In this document: one piece after another, positions 23,316-30,092 of the stretch
Layout: each line of letters opens with the position of its first letter
How positions within the stretch are numbered: the first letter of the stretch is position 1
DNA from: Vibrio vulnificus CMCP6
Lineage (GTDB): Bacteria; Pseudomonadota; Gammaproteobacteria; Enterobacterales; Vibrionaceae
Direction: 5' to 3'
Length of the DNA stretch: 32,000 bases
Assembly (NCBI RefSeq): GCF_000039765.1
Contig: NC_004459.3
Span: 420,001 to 452,000 of the forward strand
The notes under the pieces: model-generated
Databases searched by the model: none
Told to the model about the DNA's origin: nothing
The model's input: only the letters and a program-made list of their open reading frames with translations
Translations under genes and position numbers: made by a program

Positions 23316-24506
23316 TTAAGCGACTTTTCGACGATACCGACCCAGCACAAACAGGGCCAAAAGCGTCAACGCGCCAAGGCTTCCACCTTCTGCAGTACCA
23401 CTAAAACTGCAACTGTTGGTTGAAATCCCCCCGTGGCAACCTTCGCCATTTCCGCCTGTCCCATTGCCGTTATCACCACCTGAACCGCCGTCACCACCAG
23501 AACCCGCATTCAAAATGAAGTCTGGTTTTAGAATGTGGCTGCTTGGAGGGTTGGCTGCCGTAATATAGCTTTGAATCCAGTCGTAGTAATTGCTCACTCT
23601 GGTATAGAAACTGGGCTGCGTAACCGAGGCGCAAATCGGCGTAATGAGCGGAATGCCGCTCACAATACCAATTTGTTTGCCAGTGACATCGTCAATCAAA
23701 GGGCCACCACTGTCGCCTTTACACACATTATTGCCATACTGAGTGCGTTCATCTGGCTGCCAAGGCAACACTTCATTGGGCATGGTACAGATCTTAGTCA
23801 CATTGGTTGGGGCTTCAATAATACCCGGTAAGTGGTTACCTAGCTCTAATCGTTGATAGCAATTTGCTATGGGCAGATAAGTTAACTGTGTTTTTTGCAA
23901 AGTGATGGCTGGAGTTGACGCATCCGCGACAGTTGCCCCCCAGCCAGACGCGGTGACATTTTTCACTCGGACGTTGGTAGCAAATTCATCATCCCATTCT
24001 TTATTGAGTCGGCTTTCTATCTCGCTCATTTCTGCCGCTGTGGGCAAATCTGAGAGAGGAGCTCCGGTAACGGGGCGGTCGAGATAAAGTAGTGCAACAT
24101 CGCTATCTAAACTGGTGCTGACCAAAGTATAGCTATCGTCATTATTCTTCTTGTATTCCGTTAAGCGAGTGTATTTCGGGTGTACCACCACATGTGAAAC
24201 AGTGAAGTAATTGTCCGTTGTTGAACTATTAAGATCCGGTGTTCTCGCCGTGACTGAAATCTCACTAGGCTTCGTCACATAGTAACTGGCGACATTGGTG
24301 CCTTCGCCCATCACCACACAGTGTGCCGCGGTCAACACCCAGCGAGGTGCAACGACAGTCCCGCCACAAATTGGAAACTCTGCCATATTACTGGCACGAA
24401 TGGTCACTCGATACGTTGCATCCGGATCCGCCTCCCCCATAATAATGGCTTGGGCACCACTACTGATCGCCAACATCCCTGACAAAAGAACTGTTTTTTT
24501 CCACAT
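23316..24506 (-). CDS. Secreted chymotrypsin-fold (S1 family) serine protease with a C-terminal GlyGly-CTERM (rhombosortase-type) sorting signal
   Basis: A signal peptide MWKKTVLLSGMLAISSGAQA is followed by IIMGEA. The catalytic triad contexts LTAAHC, DVALLYL and GDSGGP are present, as are three canonical Cys pairs. A Gly/Asn/Asp-rich linker leads to the terminal GGSLGALTLLALFVLGRYRRKVA. The start is ATG 24506, with GTG 24518 as an alternative. Confidence 0.88.
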   Translation of the reverse strand: MWKKTVLLSGMLAISSGAQAIIMGEADPDATYRVTIRASNMAEFPICGGTVVAPRWVLTAAHCVVMGEGTNVASYYVTKPSEISVTARTPDLNSSTTDNYFTVSHVVVHPKYTRLTEYKKNNDDSYTLVSTSLDSDVALLYLDRPVTGAPLSDLPTAAEMSEIESRLNKEWDDEFATNVRVKNVTASGWGATVADASTPAITLQKTQLTYLPIANCYQRLELGNHLPGIIEAPTNVTKICTMPNEVLPWQPDERTQYGNNVCKGDSGGPLIDDVTGKQIGIVSGIPLITPICASVTQPSFYTRVSNYYDWIQSYITAANPPSSHILKPDFILNAGSGGDGGSGGDNGNGTGGNGEGCHGGISTNSCSFSGTAEGGSLGALTLLALFVLGRYRRKVA

Positions 24507-24743
24507 AATAAAGACCACTTATCGCTCAACTGAGCTCATATTCATGCAGCCTGTTTAATTGTGAAATCCCTTGCCAGAAAATGTGCGAGGAATGTCTTTT
24601 CCACACTCGCCTAGAACGCAACACTTACGCCCAAAATGCAAACTGACTCGCATCAATTTTGTTGCGGAAAAATGGTCTAGCTCCCAGATATTTATGCCAT
24701 TTGTTTCTATAGTAAAAAGAGAACGGAACTCTAGGAGGACACC

Positions 24744-25199
24744 ATGATAAAAGTCGAAGATATGATGACTCGCCACCCTCATACCTTGTTGCGTTCACAC
24801 ACATTAGGTGACGCCAAAAATATGATGGAAGCACTGGATATTCGACACATTCCCGTTGTCGATGCAAACAAACAGCTGCTCGGTATCGTCACTCAACGTG
24901 ATTTGCTTTCCGCGCAAGAATCCAGCTTACACAAATCGTCTGCTGAAAACTCTTACACTACTGCTACCCCTTTGTATGAAGTAATGCACACCAGTATCAT
25001 GACCGTTGAACCCAAAGCGGGACTAAAAGAAAGTGCGATCTACATGCAAAAACATAAAGTCGGCTGTTTACCGGTAGTAGAGAAAGGCCATTTAGTGGGA
25101 ATCATTACTGACACCGATTTCGTCACTATCGCGATCAATCTGCTGGAGCTGCAAGAAGAAGCCGAACCAGAAGAGTTAGAAGTCGAAGACGATTTGTAA
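24744..25199 (+). CDS. Stand-alone CBS-pair domain protein with an acidic C-terminal tail
   Basis: 151 aa with two CBS repeats (MTRHPHTL...HIPVVD and IMTVEP...CLPVVE). The tail is ELQEEAEPEELEVEDDL. A strong SD, TAGGAGGA, lies 4 nt upstream of the ATG. Confidence 0.85.
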   Translation: MIKVEDMMTRHPHTLLRSHTLGDAKNMMEALDIRHIPVVDANKQLLGIVTQRDLLSAQESSLHKSSAENSYTTATPLYEVMHTSIMTVEPKAGLKESAIYMQKHKVGCLPVVEKGHLVGIITDTDFVTIAINLLELQEEAEPEELEVEDDL

Positions 25200-25242
25200 T
25201 TCCCGCGACACTCTTAGCTGCGAGATCCTTGTTTGTCCTGAT

Positions 25243-25274
25243 AGGAAAGGAAAAAGAGCGGCTTTCGCCGCTCT
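25243..25274 (-). terminator. Rho-independent terminator of aceBA, located between the convergent aceA and CBS genes
   Basis: AGAGCGGC / GCCGCTCT stem with a TTTC loop. On the minus strand it is followed by TTTTTCCTTTCC. The plus-strand side lacks a T-run. Confidence 0.7.
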
Positions 25275-25306
25275 TGCAGTGGTTAATACCTAAAGATGGA
25301 AAGGTA

Positions 25307-26620
25307 TTAATGGAACTGGTCTTCTTCGGTAGAGCCCGTCAGTGCCGTGACTGAAGAGTTACCACCTTGGATGGTGTTGGTCATCTTATCAAAGTAACCC
25401 GTACCTACTTCTTGTTGGTGTGCAACGAAGGTGTAGCCTTTTTCCGCCGCTTCAAATTCAGGACGCTGAACTTTCTCAACGTAGTGACGCATACCTTCAC
25501 CTTGAGCATATGCGTGTGCCAGTTCAAACATGTTGAACCACATGTTGTGAATACCAGCTAGGGTGATGAACTGGTACTTATAGCCCATATCTGCGAGTTC
25601 TTGTTGGAACTTAGCAATGGTCTCTGCATCCAAGTTCTTCTCCCAGTTAAATGATGGCGAGCAGTTGTATGCCAACAGTTGGTCTGGGTATTCCGCATGA
25701 ATAGCCTCAGCAAACTTACGTGCTTCTTCAAGACACGGAGTTGCCGTTTCACACCAAATAAGATCCGCATATGGCGCATAAGCAAGGCCACGTGAGATCG
25801 CTTGGTCAATCCCTGCACGAACACGATAGAAACCTTCCTGAGTGCGCTCGCCAACAATAAAGTCTGCGTCATATGGGTCACAATCTGACGTCAACAAGTC
25901 CGCCGCATTGGCATCGGTTCGAGCAATCACCAGTGTTGTTGTGCCAGCAACATCTGCGGCTAGACGCGCAGCAACCAGTTTTTGTACCGCCTCTTGCGTT
26001 GGAACCAATACTTTACCGCCCATATGGCCACACTTCTTCACCGAAGCCAATTGGTCTTCAAAGTGTACACCCGCAGCCCCCGCTTCAATCATCGACTTCA
26101 TCAGTTCATACGCATTCAGCACACCACCAAAGCCCGCTTCTGCATCAGCAACGATAGGCAAGAAGTAATCAATTCCACCCTCTTCTGGCGACTTACCATT
26201 CGACCATTGAATTTGGTCTGCGCGACGGAACGAATTGTTAATGCGTTTGACGACTGAAGGAACCGAATCCACAGGGTAGAGTGATTGGTCTGGGTACATG
26301 GTCGAGGCGGTGTTGTTATCCGCTGCAACCTGCCAACCCGATAGGTAGATCGCTTCTATCCCCGCTTTGGCTTGCTGCACCGCTTGGCCACCGGTTAGTG
26401 CGCCTAGACAATTCACATAGCCTTTTTTCGAGCTACCATTCACCAACGACCACAACTTGTCGGCACCACGCTGCGCGATGGTATTAGCTGGCACCATAGA
26501 GCCACGTAAGGCCACCACTTCCTCAGCTGTGTAAGTGCGTTTGACGTTTTTCCAACGAGGATTGGTTGCCCAATCTTTTTCCAGAGCTTCGATTTGCTGG
26601 CGGCGAGTTAAGTTTGTCAT
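25307..26620 (-). CDS. aceA: Isocitrate lyase
   Basis: The start is ATG 26620 ([17 protein letters not shown]...), preceded by AGAGGGA at 7 nt. The ICL signature KKCGHMGGK is present. The ORF-track start at 26680 adds 20 unsupported residues. Confidence 0.96.
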   Translation of the reverse strand: MTNLTRRQQIEALEKDWATNPRWKNVKRTYTAEEVVALRGSMVPANTIAQRGADKLWSLVNGSSKKGYVNCLGALTGGQAVQQAKAGIEAIYLSGWQVAADNNTASTMYPDQSLYPVDSVPSVVKRINNSFRRADQIQWSNGKSPEEGGIDYFLPIVADAEAGFGGVLNAYELMKSMIEAGAAGVHFEDQLASVKKCGHMGGKVLVPTQEAVQKLVAARLAADVAGTTTLVIARTDANAADLLTSDCDPYDADFIVGERTQEGFYRVRAGIDQAISRGLAYAPYADLIWCETATPCLEEARKFAEAIHAEYPDQLLAYNCSPSFNWEKNLDAETIAKFQQELADMGYKYQFITLAGIHNMWFNMFELAHAYAQGEGMRHYVEKVQRPEFEAAEKGYTFVAHQQEVGTGYFDKMTNTIQGGNSSVTALTGSTEEDQFH

Positions 26621-26747
26621 CGGTCTATCCCTCTTTTGATGAGCGCTGATTATTAAAATTGAGTGCGCTATATATTCCATTTCGTTAGCGGTACATCCTG
26701 CTCCGCCAATGAAGGTTCACGTTATTAGTTGTTGATTGGTTTACTCA

Positions 26748-28385
26748 TTAATCTAGGTAGTCATAACCCGGTACGGTTAAGAAGTTGGTTAGCTCATCAC
26801 TGGTGGTCAGGCTAGCCATCAATTCGGCGGCTTCATGGAAACGGCCTGAGTCAAAACGAGTCTCCCCCACTTCTTGTTTTACGACTTGAATCTCTTCGTC
26901 GAGATAACGCTTAAACAACGCTTTGGTCACCACTTCACCGTTATCTAACGACTTACTATGTTGAATCCACTGCCAGATAGAAGCGCGTGAGATCTCTGCG
27001 GTCGCTGCATCTTCCATCAAGCCATAAATCGGTACACAGCCATTCCCCGAGATCCACGCCTCTATGTACTGCAATGCAACACGAATATTGTGTCTCATAC
27101 CTTGTTCTGTTCTTGCTCCATCACAAGGCTCAAGTAACTGTTTAGCTGTAATCGGCGCATCGTCTTGGCGAGTGACATCAAGCTGGTTTTTACGCTCACC
27201 TAGAGCACGATTAAACACGTCCATGGCGGTGTCGGCTAAACCAGGATGCGCAACCCAAGTGCCATCATGGCCATTGCTGGCTTCGAGTGATTTATCGTTC
27301 TGGATCTTATCCAATACCTTTTGATTCTCTTGTGGATCTTTGGCTGGGATAAAGGCAGCCATCCCTCCCATCGCAAACGCGCCACGTTTATGACAGGTGC
27401 GGACAAGTAAACGCGAGTAAGCATTGAGGAACGGCTTGTCCATGGTAACCACCTGACGATCAGGCAGCACACGGTCTGGGTGCTTTTTCAGTGTTTTGAT
27501 ATAGCTAAAAATGTAATCCCAACGGCCACAGTTGAGGCCAACAATATGCTCTTTTAACGAGAAGAGAATCTCATCCATTTCAAAGACGGCAGGCAGCGTC
27601 TCGATCAATACCGTGGCTTTGATAGTGCCAGTATCCAAACCGAAATACTCTTCGGTGAAATGGAACACTTCACTCCACCATTTCGCCTCATGATGAGACT
27701 GTAACTTAGGAAGATAGAAATAAGGACCACTGCCTTTTTTCAACAACGCTTTGTGGTTGTTAAAGAAATAAAGAGCAAAATCAAATAAGGAACCTGGAAT
27801 GATCTGACCGCGCCACGTCACATGCTTTTCTTTTAAATGAAGACCGCGGACACGGCAGATCAACACCGCTGGATCGTTGCCCAGCTGATAATGCTTGCCA
27901 TTATCGGGGTTGGAATAGGAGATGGTGCCATTGACCGCATCACGCAAGTTGATCTGGCCATCCAACACCTTATCCCAAGCTGGAGACATCGAGTCTTCGA
28001 AATCCGCCATAAAGACTTTTACATTGGCGTTTAGGGCGTTGATCACCATTTTACGATCGGTTGGCCCGGTAATTTCGACTCGACGATCTTGCAGATCGTT
28101 GGGAATCCCCAAAATTTTCCAGCTCCCTTCTCGAATATCCTGAGTCTCTGTAAGAAAATCAGGTAACTCTCCTTGATCGATCTTGTTCTGTCTCTCTTCA
28201 CGGGCAGTTAACAATTGATCGACGCGCAATGAGAATCGCTCACACAGCTGAGATAAAAAGGTTTGGGCTTCAACAGGGAAAATAGCTTGATGTTCAGGAG
28301 ACAGGGTTCCTGTTACTTCAAGCATGCCTTGGGTCTGTTGTTCAGCCTGTGTGTTTTCTTTTTCGGGCGTTTGAGCAAGCATCAT
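26748..28385 (-). CDS. aceB: Malate synthase A
   Basis: Collinear with E. coli AceB (RRVEITGP, NANVKVFMADFEDS, GLNCGRWDYIFS, and others). Three candidate ATGs exist at 28400, 28385 and 28382. The AGGAAG SD lies inside the first five codons, which favours 28385 or 28382. Confidence 0.94.
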   Translation of the reverse strand: MMLAQTPEKENTQAEQQTQGMLEVTGTLSPEHQAIFPVEAQTFLSQLCERFSLRVDQLLTAREERQNKIDQGELPDFLTETQDIREGSWKILGIPNDLQDRRVEITGPTDRKMVINALNANVKVFMADFEDSMSPAWDKVLDGQINLRDAVNGTISYSNPDNGKHYQLGNDPAVLICRVRGLHLKEKHVTWRGQIIPGSLFDFALYFFNNHKALLKKGSGPYFYLPKLQSHHEAKWWSEVFHFTEEYFGLDTGTIKATVLIETLPAVFEMDEILFSLKEHIVGLNCGRWDYIFSYIKTLKKHPDRVLPDRQVVTMDKPFLNAYSRLLVRTCHKRGAFAMGGMAAFIPAKDPQENQKVLDKIQNDKSLEASNGHDGTWVAHPGLADTAMDVFNRALGERKNQLDVTRQDDAPITAKQLLEPCDGARTEQGMRHNIRVALQYIEAWISGNGCVPIYGLMEDAATAEISRASIWQWIQHSKSLDNGEVVTKALFKRYLDEEIQVVKQEVGETRFDSGRFHEAAELMASLTTSDELTNFLTVPGYDYLD

Positions 28386-28667
28386 TCTTCTTCCTTTCAT
28401 TTTGCTTTACGACGATTCCAGAACAACATTTGTAAGTTTTAAACCACAAAAACCAAACCATCACTTTGTTCAAAAATCCATCCAGCATTTCGTCTTTACG
28501 CTTATAACATCCATGATGAGACGTCACATGACAATCTAGACATAAGTCTTACAAGCCTTTAATTAACTTACACCAACAAGCATTAGAGTAAAAGTTCAAA
28601 AGTAAACAAAAGGTTAAATTCAAAGTTTTATTCCGTTTCAAACAAGTGCTTGATTTTTGATATCAAT

Positions 28668-28696
28668 GTGTAATTAATTACGTAATTTAATTACAC
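28668..28696. promoter_or_regulatory. 29-bp nested palindrome (candidate operator, binding factor unknown)
   Basis: The sequence is GTGTAATTAA-TTACGTAA-T-TTAATTACAC. The outer 10-bp arms are perfect inverted repeats and the inner TTACGTAA is itself a perfect palindrome. One extra T breaks the overall symmetry. Confidence 0.4.
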
Positions 28697-28837
28697 TAAG
28701 TAAGCTTACAAAAATCAGTTTTAAACAAGCGTATGAATTCATCTGAAAGGAGTGAAAGCCTGTAGAGCTAAGACTTCAGGGGAGATTTGAGGTGGAAGTT
28801 TAAACAGAGAAACAAGTTGTATATGTAAAATTAACAA

Positions 28838-28851
28838 TGTGAAATTTCACA
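28838..28851. promoter_or_regulatory. 14-bp perfect dyad TGTGAAATTTCACA (copy 1)
   Basis: A perfect palindrome read directly from the sequence. The flanks ATGTGAAATTT(C/T)ACAA are shared with copy 2. Confidence 0.4.
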
Positions 28852-28880
28852 ATTTTATGAAAGCTTCATTAAGAAAGTTA

Positions 28881-28894
28881 TGTGAAATTTTACA
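28881..28894. promoter_or_regulatory. 14-bp dyad TGTGAAATTTTACA (copy 2, one mismatch)
   Basis: Differs from copy 1 at a single base. The two copies start 43 bp apart. Confidence 0.35.
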
Positions 28895-28924
28895 AGTCAA
28901 ACTACACCATCAGAATAAAATACT

Positions 28925-28955
28925 AAAAAACGCACTAAAATTAGTGCGCTTTTTA
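28925..28955. terminator. Bidirectional rho-independent terminator just downstream of oxyR2
   Basis: AAAAAA-CGCACTA-AAAT-TAGTGCG-CTTTTTATT. The hairpin has an A-run on one side and a T-run on the other, and lies 35 nt after the oxyR2 stop. Confidence 0.75.
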
Positions 28956-28989
28956 TTGATTACTGCGATTTACTGGCTACTACTATTTG

Positions 28990-29895
28990 CTAAAGCAGTT
29001 CTGAAACAACCTCTGCAAGTTGATTAAATGTTTTACTGCGTGAAGAACTTGGCCGCCAAACCAGCCCAATATCACGATAAGCTTGCTGGCCAGGAGGCTC
29101 GATCACCACTAAGTTTTGGTTGTCCAGTAGACCGTGATCGATGGCCATTTGAGGAATAAAGGTGGTGCCAAGTCCATTTGCCACCATTTGCACTAAGGTA
29201 TGCAAACTGGTCGCACTAAATGGGTTAATCTTCTCTTTGTCAGTCAGTTTACAGGCCGACACCGCGTGTTCAGTCAGACAATGCTCTTTTTCCAATAAAA
29301 ATACCGACTCGTCAGGCAAGTCGTCATATTTTATTGGCACTTTAATCGCCCCAGCTTGATGGCGACTGATCACCATTTTAAAAGGATCTTGTCCGACAAC
29401 GCGACTTTCCATCCCATCGATCTCAACGGGTAAGGCGAGGATCAATACGTCCAATTCGCCGTGACGTAAAGCCGTCAACAAGTTGGTTGTTGTATCTTCA
29501 CGTAATAGAAGATTCAGCTGAGGAAAACGTTGGTTGATCTCTTGTACTAAATCGCACAACAAAAATGGTGCGATGGTAGGAATACAGCCCAGTTTCAATT
29601 GCCCTTGCATGCTGTCTCCTTGACAAAGGCTACCCAGTTCAACCAAGTCTTGCCCCTTTGCCAATAGTTCTCTGCCATGCATTACCACCAGTTCACCTGC
29701 CTGAGTAAAAACCAAAGGGCTTTTTTTGTCTTTCTTCTCATAGAGAGGACAGCCGATCAACTCTTCTAAATTTTGTATGCCTTTACTTAACGTCGATTGG
29801 CTCACAAAGCAACGTTCAGCGGCGTCACTAAAATGTCGCGTTTCATGCAGGGTAATCAGATAGTGTAACTGCTTCAGACTGGGCCATTTATTCAT
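28990..29895 (-). CDS. oxyR2: LysR-family peroxide sensor, OxyR2-type
   Basis: An N-terminal wHTH is present (HFSDAAERCFVSQSTLSKGIQNLE), and the redox Cys pair lies in EKEHCLTEHAVSAC. Counting from ATG 29895, these are E204-H205-C206 and C215, which is the numbering I recall for Vibrio vulnificus OxyR2. The gene is divergent from a peroxiredoxin gene. The ORF-track start at 29916 adds 7 residues. Confidence 0.88.
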   Translation of the reverse strand: MNKWPSLKQLHYLITLHETRHFSDAAERCFVSQSTLSKGIQNLEELIGCPLYEKKDKKSPLVFTQAGELVVMHGRELLAKGQDLVELGSLCQGDSMQGQLKLGCIPTIAPFLLCDLVQEINQRFPQLNLLLREDTTTNLLTALRHGELDVLILALPVEIDGMESRVVGQDPFKMVISRHQAGAIKVPIKYDDLPDESVFLLEKEHCLTEHAVSACKLTDKEKINPFSATSLHTLVQMVANGLGTTFIPQMAIDHGLLDNQNLVVIEPPGQQAYRDIGLVWRPSSSRSKTFNQLAEVVSELL

Positions 29896-29924
29896 AAAAT
29901 TATTAATACTTACCATCGTTTGTA

Positions 29925-29986
29925 TGATTAACTCGATAGAATTGCTCTTATCGCTTTTTTCGATGAAGTTAATCTATTTAATTCGC
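29925..29986. promoter_or_regulatory. Candidate OxyR2 operator region with two LysR-type boxes
   Basis: ATC-N9-GAT occurs at 29940-29954 (ATCGCTTTTTTCGAT). A near-copy, TCGCTTTTTTCAAT, occurs at 29973-29986, 32 bp downstream. ATAG (29926-29929) and CTAT (29964-29967) tetrads flank the first box. The second box overlaps the -35 position of a TATAGT -10 at 30001-30006. Confidence 0.35.
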
Positions 29987-30092
29987 TTTTTTCAATACTA
30001 CAATCTGTACTATAGTTTGTCGCGTACAAACACGGACTAAGCCAAAAACTTAATCTCTGGTTTAGAAATAAGACATTTTTAGGAGCAAAAAA

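Noticed and set aside
23100-24743. Protease locus considered as a mobile genomic islet
   Set aside because: It has no flanking direct or inverted repeats, no tRNA or integrase or transposase nearby, and no compositional break visible by eye. It is retained only as a lineage-variable gene candidate, not as a mobile element.
28342-28527. 61-aa minus-strand ORF overlapping the aceB start in another frame; considered as a leader peptide
   Set aside because: No SD precedes either its GTG or its internal ATG. It has no recognisable domain, and it overlaps the aceB RBS and start out of frame. It cannot be supported from sequence alone.
28527-28540. ATGAGACGTCACAT imperfect palindrome containing AGACGTCA, considered as a MetJ met-box
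   Set aside because: Met-boxes occur as two or more tandem 8-bp repeats. The flanking octamers here do not resemble AGACGTCT, and aceB is not a methionine gene.
28838-28851. TGTGAAATTTCACA read as a CRP site
   Set aside because: The CRP consensus is TGTGA-N6-TCACA. Here the two halves are separated by only 4 nt, which puts the half-sites out of register for a CRP/FNR-family dimer.
28839-29027. 62-aa plus-strand ORF in the aceB-oxyR2 spacer
   Set aside because: It starts at a GTG inside the 14-bp dyad with no SD. It reads through the bidirectional terminator hairpin and ends antisense within the oxyR2 3' end.
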